The notes under the pieces: model-generated
The model's database searches: none
Told to the model about the DNA's origin: nothing
Seen by the model: only the letters and a program-made list of their open reading frames with translations
Translations under genes and position numbers: made by a program
Assembly (NCBI GenBank): GCA_035295465.1
Contig: DATGIZ010000014.1
Coordinates: forward strand, 78,369-142,368
Direction: 5' to 3'
From: Candidatus Binatia bacterium
GTDB taxonomy: Bacteria > Desulfobacterota > Binatia > DP-6
DNA length: 64,000 nt
Shown: in pieces, positions 20,991-30,243 of the stretch
Layout: each line of letters begins with the position of its first letter
Numbering within the stretch: the stretch's first letter is position 1

Positions 20991-22693
20991 CGCACGTCGT
21001 CGTCGATCCGGTCACCCGCATCGAAGGCCATCTGCGGATCGAGGCCGAGGTCGACGGCGGCGCGGTGCGCGACGCGTGGTCGTCGTCGACGATGTTCCGC
21101 GGCATCGAGATCATCTTGAAGGGGCGCGACCCGCGCGACGCGTGGGCGTTCACGCAGCGCATCTGCGGCGTCTGCACCACGGTGCACGCGATCGCCTCCA
21201 TCCGTGCGGTCGAGAACGCGATCGGCGCCGCGCCGCCGCCGAACGCGCGGCTGCTGCGCAACCTCGTCATCGCCGCGCAATGCGTCCAGGACCACGTGAT
21301 CCACTTCTACCATCTCCACGCGCTCGACTGGGTGGACCTCGTCTCCGCGCTCGGCGCCGATCCGGCGAAGACCGGCGCGCTCGCGCAGTCGCTCTCCGAC
21401 TGGCCCCTCTCGAGCGCGCGCTACTTCGCCGGGGTGCGTGATCGGCTGAAGGGGCTCGCCGCGAGCGGGCGGCTCGGGCCGTTCGCCAACGCCTACTGGG
21501 GGCATCCGGCCTACCGGCTGCCCCCGGAGGCGAACCTGCTCGCGGTCGCGCACTATCTCGAGGCGCTCGAGTGGCAGCGCGAGTTCATCAAGATGCACGC
21601 GGTGCTCGGCGGGAAGAACCCCCATCTCCAGAGCTTCCTCGTCGGCGGCATGGCCACGCCCGTGGATCCCGACCAGCAGGCCTCGCTCAACGCGGGCACG
21701 ATCGCGACGCTGCACGAGCTGGTCGCCAAGGCGCGCGATTTCGTCACCCGCGTCTACCTTCCCGACCTGCTGGCGATTGCGGCCGCCTACAAGGACTGGG
21801 CGGGATACGGCGCAGGCGTCGGCAACTACCTCGCCTACGGGGAGTACCCCGACGACGACGGCCCCGCGCCGGCGCTCTTCCTGCCCGGAGGCGTGATCCG
21901 TGGCCGCGACCTCGGGCGGGTCGGGCCGGTGGACCCCGAGCGAATCACCGAGCAGGTGAAGCACTCGTGGTACGAGTACGCCGACGGGGACGACCGCGGC
22001 CTGCACCCCGCGCGCGGCGAGACCCGCCCGCGCTACACGGGGCCGAAGCCCCCGTACGAGCGCCTCGACGTCGCGGGCAAGTATAGCTGGCTCAAGTCGC
22101 CGCGCTACGGCGACGAGCCCATGGAGGTCGGGCCCCTCGCCCGCATGCTGGTGGCTTACGCCTCGGGGCACACCCGCGTGCGCGCGCTCGTGGACGGAGC
22201 GCTGCGCCAGCTCGGGGTGGGCCCCGAGGCCCTGTTTTCCACGCTCGGGCGCGTGGCCGCCCGCGGCATCGAGACGCAGCTCATCGCCGAGAAGATGGGC
22301 GACTGGCTCGACGGCCTCGCGGCGAACATGGCGCAGCGCGACCTCCGCATCCACGACAACGCCAGGTGGGAGCCGCAGACGTGGCCGCGCGACTGCACGG
22401 GCGCCGGCTTCCACGAGGCCCCGCGCGGCGCCCTCGGCCATTGGGTCCACATTCACGACGGCGCGATCGCGAACTACCAGTGCATCGTGCCGAGCACGTG
22501 GAACGCCGGGCCGCGCGACGCGGCCGGGCGGCGCGGGCCCTACGAGGCGGCGCTCGTCGGCACGCCGGTGGCCGATCCCGCCCAGCCGCTCGAGATCCTG
22601 CGCACCGTGCACTCCTTCGACCCGTGCATGGCCTGCGGCGTGCACGTCGTCGACCCCGAGCGCCGCGAGCTGGCGCACGTGAGGATCGCGTGA
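20987..22693 (+). CDS. hyaB: [NiFe] uptake hydrogenase large subunit
   Basis: 568 aa; ATG overlaps hyaA stop (ATGA); L1 motif RICGVCTTVH and L2 motif DPCMACGVH with short C-terminal extension for endopeptidase cleavage. Confidence 0.95.
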   Translation: MTHVVVDPVTRIEGHLRIEAEVDGGAVRDAWSSSTMFRGIEIILKGRDPRDAWAFTQRICGVCTTVHAIASIRAVENAIGAAPPPNARLLRNLVIAAQCVQDHVIHFYHLHALDWVDLVSALGADPAKTGALAQSLSDWPLSSARYFAGVRDRLKGLAASGRLGPFANAYWGHPAYRLPPEANLLAVAHYLEALEWQREFIKMHAVLGGKNPHLQSFLVGGMATPVDPDQQASLNAGTIATLHELVAKARDFVTRVYLPDLLAIAAAYKDWAGYGAGVGNYLAYGEYPDDDGPAPALFLPGGVIRGRDLGRVGPVDPERITEQVKHSWYEYADGDDRGLHPARGETRPRYTGPKPPYERLDVAGKYSWLKSPRYGDEPMEVGPLARMLVAYASGHTRVRALVDGALRQLGVGPEALFSTLGRVAARGIETQLIAEKMGDWLDGLAANMAQRDLRIHDNARWEPQTWPRDCTGAGFHEAPRGALGHWVHIHDGAIANYQCIVPSTWNAGPRDAAGRRGPYEAALVGTPVADPAQPLEILRTVHSFDPCMACGVHVVDPERRELAHVRIA

Positions 22694-23448
22694 CCACCGC
22701 GGCGCTCGCCGCCGAGCCGGCGCCCCCGGGCACGGAGCTCGTCCGCGTGTACGTCTGGGAGCTGCCCGTGCGCGTCACGCACTGGCTGATCGTGCTCTCG
22801 ATCGTGGTGCTCTCGGTCACGGGCCTCTACATCGGTCATCCCTTCCTCGTCGTCACCGGGCCGTCGAGCGGGCGCTTCGTCATGGGCACGATGCGGGTCG
22901 TCCACCTCTACGCGGGCATCGTCTTCGGGCTGGCGGTGCTGGCGCGGATAGTCTGGATGTTCACCGGCAACACCTATGCCCGCTGGGACAAGCTCCTCCC
23001 TGTCCGCCACCGGCGCCGGCAGGGCATCCTGCCGACGATCGCCTTCTACCTCTTCGCGCTGCGCAAGCCGCCGGGCTTCGTCGGTCACAACCCGGTGGCC
23101 GGCCTCGCCTACGTCGCGGTCTTCCTGATCTACTTCGTCGAGATCACCACCGGGCTCACGCTCCACGCGGCCGCCGCGCACTTGGGATCGCCGCTGCGCG
23201 CGTTCGCCGCGCTCGCTCCCTTTTTCGGCGGGCTGCAGACGGCCCGCTGGATCCACCACGTGGGCATGTGGCTGCTGATCGGTTTCGCCATCCACCACGT
23301 GTACAGCTCGGTGCTCATGTCGGTGGTCGAGGCGAACGCGACCGTCGAGTCCATGTTCTCGGGGTACAAGTTCGTCCCGCGCGAGGATCTCGTCTACTCC
23401 GGGTACCGCTTCATCGACCGCCGGGACGCCCGGGACGGCGATGGATGA
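22690..23448 (+). CDS. hyaC: Ni/Fe-hydrogenase b-type cytochrome subunit
   Basis: 252 aa; GTG overlaps hyaB stop (GTGA); 4 TM helices with conserved His (VTHWLIVLSI, VVHLYAGIVFG, IHHVGMWLL, IHHVYS). Confidence 0.9.
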   Translation: MTTAALAAEPAPPGTELVRVYVWELPVRVTHWLIVLSIVVLSVTGLYIGHPFLVVTGPSSGRFVMGTMRVVHLYAGIVFGLAVLARIVWMFTGNTYARWDKLLPVRHRRRQGILPTIAFYLFALRKPPGFVGHNPVAGLAYVAVFLIYFVEITTGLTLHAAAAHLGSPLRAFAALAPFFGGLQTARWIHHVGMWLLIGFAIHHVYSSVLMSVVEANATVESMFSGYKFVPREDLVYSGYRFIDRRDARDGDG

Positions 23449-23989
23449 GGCGGCGGCGCTCCTCGTGCTCGGGCTCGGCAACGTGCTCCTCGGCGACGAT
23501 GGGCTCGGCGCCGCGGCCGTCCACCGGCTGTCCCGCGACTTCGTGGCGCCCCCGGCGGCGCGCGTCCTCGACGGCGGGACGCTCGGCCTGGCGCTCCTGC
23601 CCCACCTCGAGGACGCGCGCGCGGCGATCCTCGTCGATGCGGTCCGCGGCGACGCGCCGCCGGGCACGCTCGTCCGGCTCGCCGGCGACGCCGTGGCCCC
23701 CGCGGTCCTCGAGCGGCTCTCCCCGCATCAGGTGGGGGTGGCCGACCTGCTGCAGGGCGCGCGTTGGCGGGGCCGGTGCCCCCCGGCGCTGGTCTTGATC
23801 GGCCTCGTGCCGGCCGCCATCGACCTCGGCCTCGGGCGGTCCCCGGCGGTGGACGCGGCGCTCGGCCGGCTCGTGGCGCAGATCGTGGCCGAGGCCCGGG
23901 CCTTCGGCCACCACTTCCGGCCGAGACGGGACGATGAGAGGGCTCTTGACGGGAGCGCTCGTGACGTGGCTCGCATCCTCGGGCTGTAG
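23441..23989 (+). CDS. hyaD: hydrogenase maturation endopeptidase (HyaD/HupD/HybD family)
   Basis: 182 aa; LVLGLGNVLLGDDGLG N-terminal signature of hydrogenase maturation protease. Confidence 0.9.
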   Translation: MDEAAALLVLGLGNVLLGDDGLGAAAVHRLSRDFVAPPAARVLDGGTLGLALLPHLEDARAAILVDAVRGDAPPGTLVRLAGDAVAPAVLERLSPHQVGVADLLQGARWRGRCPPALVLIGLVPAAIDLGLGRSPAVDAALGRLVAQIVAEARAFGHHFRPRRDDERALDGSARDVARILGL

Positions 23990-24338
23990 CGGCGGCGACC
24001 GCGACCTGCCGGCGATCTACCGGCGGTTGCCCGTTCCCGCGGCGCGCCTCGCCTCCCCGGCCGCGCGCCGGCGGGGGGCCGCCCTCTTCGCCGAGCACTG
24101 CGCCCTCTGCCACGGCGAGCGCGGCGACGGGCGAGGCGTGCGTCACGAGGGCCTCTCGACCGCACCGCGCGACTTCACCGATCCCGCCTGGCAGCAGCGG
24201 ACGTCTCCGCGGCGGGCCTTCTTCGCGATCCGCGAGGGCGTGCCGGGGACGGCCATGCCGTCCTGGCGGGCACTCGACGACGCGCAGACGTGGGACCTCG
24301 TCGCCCGGGTGCTGTCGTTCGGCGGTCCGAGGTCGTGA
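23934..24338 (+). CDS. monoheme class I c-type cytochrome, probable lipoprotein
   Basis: 134 aa; signal/lipobox-like LASSGCSG; single CALCH haem motif with downstream Met (GTAMPSW); start may be a later TTG/GTG. Confidence 0.65.
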   Translation: MRGLLTGALVTWLASSGCSGGDRDLPAIYRRLPVPAARLASPAARRRGAALFAEHCALCHGERGDGRGVRHEGLSTAPRDFTDPAWQQRTSPRRAFFAIREGVPGTAMPSWRALDDAQTWDLVARVLSFGGPRS

Positions 24339-26620
24339 TGCAGGCGGGGCGCCGCATCGAGATCCGTGGGACGGTCCAGGGCGTCGGCTTCCGTCCCTGG
24401 GTGCTGCGCCTCGCGCGTGCGGCGGGCGTCGCCGGACGCGTCCGCAACGACCCGGGAGGCGTCACCATCGAGGCGTTCGCGGCCGCGGGCGTGCTCGACG
24501 CGTTCTACCGCCGGCTGCTCGAGGCGCCCCCGCCCGGCGCCGCCATCCTCGACGTCGCCACACGCGACATCCCAGGCGAGGCGGCGGCGTACTTCGTCAT
24601 CGAGCCGAGCGTCGCAGCGGCCGCCGGGCGCCGCCTCTCGATCCCCCCCGATCTCGCCACCTGCCCCGACTGCCTGCGCGAGCTCGACGACCCCGCCGAC
24701 CGGCGGTACCGCTACGCGTTCATCAACTGCACGCGCTGCGGCCCGCGGTTCACGATCGCGCGGGACGTCCCGTACGACCGCCGGGCGACCACGATGGCGG
24801 CCTTCCACATGTGCGCGGCGTGCCGGCGCGAGTACGAGTCGCCCGCCGACCGGCGCTTCCACGCGCAGCCGAACGCCTGCCCCGCCTGCGGGCCGCGGCT
24901 GCGGCTGGCCACCGCCGCCGGGGCGCCCGTCGCCTCTGCCGACCCGATCCGCGCGGCGGCGGCGGCGCTCGCCGCCGGCCGCGTCGTGGCCGTCAAGGGC
25001 CTCGGCGGCTTCCACCTCGCCTGCGACGCGACCTCGGGGCCCGCCGTCGCGCGCCTGCGCGCGCGTAAGCGCCGCGACGCCAAGCCGTTCGCGGTGATGG
25101 TCCGGGACCTCGCGCGCGCCGAGCGCCTCGCCCGGCTCGACGACGCGGAGCGGGCGCTTCTCGCCTCGGTCGAGCGGCCCATCGTGCTCGTGCCCCGGCG
25201 GCCGGACGCGGACGTCGCCGCCGAGGTCGCGCCCGGAAGCCCGCTGCTCGGCGTCTTCCTCCCGTACACGCCGCTCCATCACCTGCTGCTCGCGGCCGTG
25301 GACCGCCCGCTGGTCATGACGTCGGCCAACCTGAGCGACGAGCCGATCGTCCACCGTGACGCCGAAGCGGCCCGGCGCCTCGCGCCGATCGCGGACTTGA
25401 TCCTCGGTCACGACCGGGCGATCGCGACGCCCTGCGAGGACTCGGTCGCCCGCGTGATCGCCGGACGGCCCGTGGTGCTACGGCGCGCGCGGGGCTGGGT
25501 TCCCCGGGCGCTTGCCCTGCCGCGGCCCTTCGCGCGTCCGGTGCTCGCCTGCGGCGCCGATTTGAAGAGCGCTGCGTGCGTCGGCGTCGACGCCGCCGCC
25601 TACCTCGGACCGCAGACCGGCGACCTCGCCGATTTGGCCACGCTGCGGGCCTTCGAGGAGTCGGTCGAGCGGCTGCTGCATCTGCTGCGTGTCGTGCCGG
25701 AGGTGGTCGCCTGCGACCTCCACCCCGGCTACCGCTCGACGGCCTATGCGCGCGCGCGGCGGGCGGCCACGATCGTCGCCGTCCAGCACCACCACGCCCA
25801 CGTCGCGAGCGCGATGGCCGAGCACGGCCTTTCGGGACCCGTTCTCGGCGTCGCGTACGACGGGACGGGCTACGGCACCGACGGCGCGGCGTGGGGCGGC
25901 GAGCTGCTGCTCGCCGACTACGTCCGCTTCGAGCGGCTGGCGACGTTCCGGCCGCTCGCGCTCGCCGGCGGCGACGCCGCGATCCGCCAGGTGTGGCGCC
26001 TCGCGCTGGCCGCCCTCGACGACGCGTTCGGCGGCGAGGTGTCGCTCGCCGGCCTGCCGCTGTTCGCCCGCATCCCGGCGCGCGACGTCGCGGTCGTGCG
26101 CCAAATGATCGCCGCCGGCCTCAACGCGCCCCGGGCGCACGGCGTCGGCCGCTGGTTCGACGCCCTCGGCGCGCTCGTCCTCGGACGGGCCGCGGCGCGC
26201 TACGAGGGCGAGGTCGCGGCCGCCTGGAACCTGGCAGCCGATCCCGCCGATCGCGCGCGCTATCCGTTCGCGGTCGACCTGAGCGGCGTGCCCTGGGCGG
26301 TCGACCTGCGGCCGCTCGTGCGCGCCGCGGTCGCCGACCTGCTCGGCGGACGCCCGGCCGGGGCGATCTCCGCCCGCTTCCACAACACGCTGGTGGCGGC
26401 GACGGCCGAGGTGGTGCGCGCGGCAGCAGCCCGGCACGGCCGCCTGCCCGTCGTGCTGACGGGCGGCTGCTTCCAGAACCCGCGCCTGGCCGAGGGCGTG
26501 ATCGCCGCGCTCGGCTCCGGGCACACGGTCTACCTCCATGGCGCGATCCCGCCCGGCGACGGCGGCATCGCGCTCGGGCAGGCGCTGGTCGCCGACGCGA
26601 GGGTGCGCGCATGTGCCTAG
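24338..26620 (+). CDS. hypF: [NiFe]-hydrogenase maturation carbamoyltransferase
   Basis: 760 aa; acylphosphatase domain (IRGTVQGVGFRPWV), two Zn-finger CxxC pairs (CPDC...CTRCGPR; CAAC...CPACGPR), YrdC and Kae1-like domains. Confidence 0.95.
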   Translation: MQAGRRIEIRGTVQGVGFRPWVLRLARAAGVAGRVRNDPGGVTIEAFAAAGVLDAFYRRLLEAPPPGAAILDVATRDIPGEAAAYFVIEPSVAAAAGRRLSIPPDLATCPDCLRELDDPADRRYRYAFINCTRCGPRFTIARDVPYDRRATTMAAFHMCAACRREYESPADRRFHAQPNACPACGPRLRLATAAGAPVASADPIRAAAAALAAGRVVAVKGLGGFHLACDATSGPAVARLRARKRRDAKPFAVMVRDLARAERLARLDDAERALLASVERPIVLVPRRPDADVAAEVAPGSPLLGVFLPYTPLHHLLLAAVDRPLVMTSANLSDEPIVHRDAEAARRLAPIADLILGHDRAIATPCEDSVARVIAGRPVVLRRARGWVPRALALPRPFARPVLACGADLKSAACVGVDAAAYLGPQTGDLADLATLRAFEESVERLLHLLRVVPEVVACDLHPGYRSTAYARARRAATIVAVQHHHAHVASAMAEHGLSGPVLGVAYDGTGYGTDGAAWGGELLLADYVRFERLATFRPLALAGGDAAIRQVWRLALAALDDAFGGEVSLAGLPLFARIPARDVAVVRQMIAAGLNAPRAHGVGRWFDALGALVLGRAAARYEGEVAAAWNLAADPADRARYPFAVDLSGVPWAVDLRPLVRAAVADLLGGRPAGAISARFHNTLVAATAEVVRAAAARHGRLPVVLTGGCFQNPRLAEGVIAALGSGHTVYLHGAIPPGDGGIALGQALVADARVRACA

Positions 26621-26907
26621 GGGTGCCCGGCCGGGTCGTGGCCGTCGACGGCGACGTCGCCACCGTCGACTTCTGGGGCGTCCGCCGGCCGGTGCGGCTC
26701 GACGTGGTCGACGAAGCGGTGGCGCCCGGCGACTACGTGCTCAACCACGTCGGCTTCGCGATCCGGCGCATCCCACCGCAGGAGATCGCCGAAACCCTCG
26801 CGCTCTACGAGACGCTGCTCGCCGCCGCCGACGGCGACCTCATGGCCGCCGACGTGCGCGGCGAGGTCGCCGGCGCCGGGCGAAGGGACGACCGTGGACG
26901 CTCCTGA
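26611..26907 (+). CDS. hypC: hydrogenase assembly chaperone
   Basis: 98 aa starting MCLGVPG (canonical HypC N-terminus MC[LI][GA][IV]P); overlaps hypF 3' end. Confidence 0.85.
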   Translation: MCLGVPGRVVAVDGDVATVDFWGVRRPVRLDVVDEAVAPGDYVLNHVGFAIRRIPPQEIAETLALYETLLAAADGDLMAADVRGEVAGAGRRDDRGRS

Positions 26908-28036
26908 GCCGCGCGCCCTCCGGCCGCTCGAGTTCCGCGATCCCGCGCGCGCCCGCGCGCTCGCCGAGGCGCTCGGCCGGCTCACGCGCGCGATCGGACG
27001 CGCTCCCGTGGCGGTCATGCACGTGTGCGGGAGCCACGAGCAGGCGATCGCGCGCTTCGGCCTGCGGGCGTCCTTCCCGCGCGACCTCGAGGTCATCATG
27101 GGCCCGGGCTGCCCGGTGTGCATCACGGACGTCCCCGAGGTGGACGAGGCCGTGGCGCTCGCGCTCGGTGGCGTGCGCGTCGCGACCTACGGGGACATGC
27201 TGCGGGTGCGCGGCACCTCCCGCTCGCTCGCCGACGCGCAGGCCGACGGTGCGCGGGTCGACGTGGTCTACGGCGTCGCGCAGGCCGTCGAGCTGGCGCG
27301 CCGGCGCGACGAGGAGGTCGTCTTCTTCGCCACCGGGTTCGAGACCACCGCGGTGGCCACCGCCGCGGCCCTGCTCGCCGGCCCGCCGCCCAACTTCTCG
27401 GTGCTCTCGGCGCACAAGTACATCCCCCCGGTGATGGAGATCGTGGCCGAGATGCCCGCGACGCGCGTCGAGGGATTCCTCGCCGCCGGGCACGCCGCCA
27501 CGATCACCGGCTGGGGGATCTTCGAGCCGTTCGTCGCCCGCCACCGCCTGCCGGTGGTGGTCGCGGGCTTCGAGCCGCTCGACATCCTCGCCGGCCTGGT
27601 GCGCCTGCTCGAGCTGGTGCGCGACGGCCGGCCCGCGGTGGTGAACGCGTACCCGCGCTGCGTCACCCGCGAGGGGAACCGGCGCGCGCAGGCGCTCCTC
27701 TGGAAGGTGTTCCGTCCGGTCGGCGGGCGGTGGCGGGGGATCGCACACGTGCCCAACGGGAACCTCCGCCTGCGCGACGCCTTCGCGCACGCCGACGCCC
27801 GGCGCCGCTTCCGCGTCGACGCCGCGCGGCTGTGGGACGGGGCGCCGGCTGCGCTCGTCGCCGAGTGCCGCTGCGGCGACATCATGGCCGGCATCGCCCG
27901 TCCGGCGGACTGCGCGCTCTTCGGCCGGCGCTGCACGCCCGAGGAGCCGGTCGGCGCCTGCATGGTGAGCACGGAGGGGACTTGCCGCATCTGGCACGAG
28001 TACGGCGGGCACCCGCAGCTCGGGGCGGCTTCATGA
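26894..28036 (+). CDS. hypD: hydrogenase maturation factor
   Basis: 380 aa; conserved GPGCPVC, GFETT and CxxC...C motifs of HypD. Confidence 0.95.
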   Translation: MDAPEPRALRPLEFRDPARARALAEALGRLTRAIGRAPVAVMHVCGSHEQAIARFGLRASFPRDLEVIMGPGCPVCITDVPEVDEAVALALGGVRVATYGDMLRVRGTSRSLADAQADGARVDVVYGVAQAVELARRRDEEVVFFATGFETTAVATAAALLAGPPPNFSVLSAHKYIPPVMEIVAEMPATRVEGFLAAGHAATITGWGIFEPFVARHRLPVVVAGFEPLDILAGLVRLLELVRDGRPAVVNAYPRCVTREGNRRAQALLWKVFRPVGGRWRGIAHVPNGNLRLRDAFAHADARRRFRVDAARLWDGAPAALVAECRCGDIMAGIARPADCALFGRRCTPEEPVGACMVSTEGTCRIWHEYGGHPQLGAAS

Positions 28037-29061
28037 GGACGGGGAGCGAGCGGATCACGCTCCGCCACGGCGCGGGCGGCCGGGCCATGCGGGCGCTCAT
28101 CGAGGAGGTGTTCCTCGCCGGCCTCGAAGCCGATCCGCCCGGCGGCATCGGGCCGGCCGCCATGGACGACGGCGCGGCGCTGCGCCTCGGCGACCGCTGG
28201 CTCGTGGTCACCACCGACGCCCATGTGATCCAGCCCATCTTCTTCCCCGGCGGCGACATCGGGCGCCTCGCCGTGGCCGGCGCCGTCAACGACCTCGCGG
28301 TGATGGGCGCGACCGAGGTCCTCGCGCTCACCTGCGCCGTGGTGCTCGAGGAGGGCTTCCCCCGCGCCGACCTCGAGCGCATCGAGGCGTCGGTTCGCGC
28401 CGCCTGCGCGGACGCCGGCGCGACGATCGTGACCGGCGACACCAAGGTGATGGGACGCGGCGAGATCGACGGCGTCGTGCTCAGCACGACCGGCGTCGCG
28501 CTCACCGACCGGCCCGTGCCCGACCGCGGCCTCGCGCCCGGCGACCTCCTCCTGGTCACCGGCACGATGGGCGACCACGGCCTCGCCGTCCTCGCCGCGC
28601 GCCATGCTCTCGACCTCGAGGGCGAGCTCCGCTCCGATGTCGCCCCGATCAACGGCGTCGTCCGGTGCGCGCTCGCCGCCGGGGGCGATGATGTCGTGGC
28701 CATGAAGGATCCGACGCGCGGCGGGCTCGCGAGCGCGCTCCACGAGATGGCCGCCAAGAGCGGCGTCGGCATCGTGCTCGACGAGCAGGCGGTTCCCGTG
28801 ACGCCCGCCGTGCGGGCGGCGGCGGAGCTGCTCGGCATCGACCCGCTGCACGTCGCGAACGAGGGCAAGGCCGTGCTCGGCATCCGCGCGGACGCCGCGG
28901 AGCGCGTGCTCGCCGCCGTCCGTGCGCATCCGCTCGGCCGCGACGCCCGGATCGTCGGGCGCTGCGTCACGGAGCAGGTCGGCCGCGTCGTGCTCGACAC
29001 GGGCTTCGGCCGGCGCCTCCTCGCCGAGCCGGAGGGCGAGGTCCTCCCGCGCATATGCTGA
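28033..29061 (+). CDS. hypE: hydrogenase maturation carbamoyl dehydratase
   Basis: 342 aa; ATG overlaps hypD stop (ATGA); AIR-synthase-like fold, C-terminal PRIC ending in the catalytic Cys. Confidence 0.95.
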   Translation: MRTGSERITLRHGAGGRAMRALIEEVFLAGLEADPPGGIGPAAMDDGAALRLGDRWLVVTTDAHVIQPIFFPGGDIGRLAVAGAVNDLAVMGATEVLALTCAVVLEEGFPRADLERIEASVRAACADAGATIVTGDTKVMGRGEIDGVVLSTTGVALTDRPVPDRGLAPGDLLLVTGTMGDHGLAVLAARHALDLEGELRSDVAPINGVVRCALAAGGDDVVAMKDPTRGGLASALHEMAAKSGVGIVLDEQAVPVTPAVRAAAELLGIDPLHVANEGKAVLGIRADAAERVLAAVRAHPLGRDARIVGRCVTEQVGRVVLDTGFGRRLLAEPEGEVLPRIC

Positions 29062-29897
29062 CCGCCGAGCACGTGCACGTGGAGCGCGACGGGGCCGTCG
29101 GCGTGCTCACCCTCGACCGCCGCGAGCGCTTCAACTCCCTCGACGTCGCGACGGCCCGCGACCTCCGCCGCGCGGGGCTGGCCCTCGCACGCGACGAGGA
29201 GGTCCGGGTCGTGCTCCTGCGGGGCGCGGACGGCGTCTTCTGCAGCGGCGCCGATCTCAAGTACGTGCACACCGGCGGCGCGCCCGAGGACCTCGGCTAC
29301 CTCGCCCCCGCGGCGCGCGATGCGCCGGGCGGGTACGCCGAGGCGCTCAAGGAGATCGTCGAGTACCTGCACAGCACGATCTCGGAGATCCGCCGCGCTC
29401 CCAAGCCCTTCGTCGCCGCGGTCGACGGCATCGCCGCCGCGGGCGGCTTCGGGCTCGCGATGGCCTGCGATCTCGTGCTCGCCTCCGAGCGGGCGACGTT
29501 CGAATGGGCCTATCCCCGCACGGGGCTCACCGGCGCCGAGAGCGCGACCTTCTTTCTTCCCCGGCTGATCGGGCTGCGGCGCGCGATGGAGCTCGTGCTC
29601 TTGAGCCCGCGGCTCGACGCGGCGGCGGCGCTGCGGATGGGCCTGATCACCGCCGTGCATCCAACCGCGCGCCTCGACGCCGAGGCGCGCGACCTCGCCG
29701 CCCGGCTCGCCGCCGGGCCTGCCGGCGCCCACGGCATCGCGAAGGCGCTTCTCAACGCGGCCGCCGGCGGCGATCGCCTCGACGCCCACCTCGACCGGGA
29801 GCTCGACTGCCTCGCGCGCGTCGCCGGCGGCCGCGATTTCGCCGAGGGGCTCGCCGCGTTTCTCGCCAAGCGACCGCCGCGCTTCGACGGAGGCTAG
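29055..29897 (+). CDS. enoyl-CoA hydratase/isomerase (crotonase family)
   Basis: 280 aa; crotonase fold motifs (VVLLRGADGVFCSGADLK, AAVDGIAAAGGFGLAMACD). Confidence 0.85.
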   Translation: MLTAEHVHVERDGAVGVLTLDRRERFNSLDVATARDLRRAGLALARDEEVRVVLLRGADGVFCSGADLKYVHTGGAPEDLGYLAPAARDAPGGYAEALKEIVEYLHSTISEIRRAPKPFVAAVDGIAAAGGFGLAMACDLVLASERATFEWAYPRTGLTGAESATFFLPRLIGLRRAMELVLLSPRLDAAAALRMGLITAVHPTARLDAEARDLAARLAAGPAGAHGIAKALLNAAAGGDRLDAHLDRELDCLARVAGGRDFAEGLAAFLAKRPPRFDGG

Positions 29898-29901
29898 CAG
29901 C

Positions 29902-30243
29902 ATGCACGAGTACGGGATCGTGGAAGCCCTGCTCCAGCGCGTGGACGAGGTGGCGCGCGGCCGCGGCGCCACCCGCGTCCGCCGCGTGCGGCTGCGGCTC
30001 GGCGAGCTCGCCGGCGTCGAGCCGACCCTTCTCGCCGCGGCCTACGCCGCCTTCCGCGAGCGCACGTGCTGCGCGGAGGCGGCGCTCGACGTCGAGCCGG
30101 TCGCGGCCCGATGGTCCTGCCCGGGTTGCGCGCGGCCCATCGCCCGCGGCGAGGTCTTGCGCTGCCCCGCGTGCGGGGCGCCCGCGCGGCTGGTCGCCGG
30201 CGACGAGATCGTGCTCTACCGCGTCGAGCTGGAGGTGCCCTGA
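29902..30243 (+). CDS. hypA: hydrogenase nickel incorporation protein
   Basis: 113 aa starting MHEYGI; C-terminal Zn site CPGC...CPAC. Confidence 0.9.
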   Translation: MHEYGIVEALLQRVDEVARGRGATRVRRVRLRLGELAGVEPTLLAAAYAAFRERTCCAEAALDVEPVAARWSCPGCARPIARGEVLRCPACGAPARLVAGDEIVLYRVELEVP

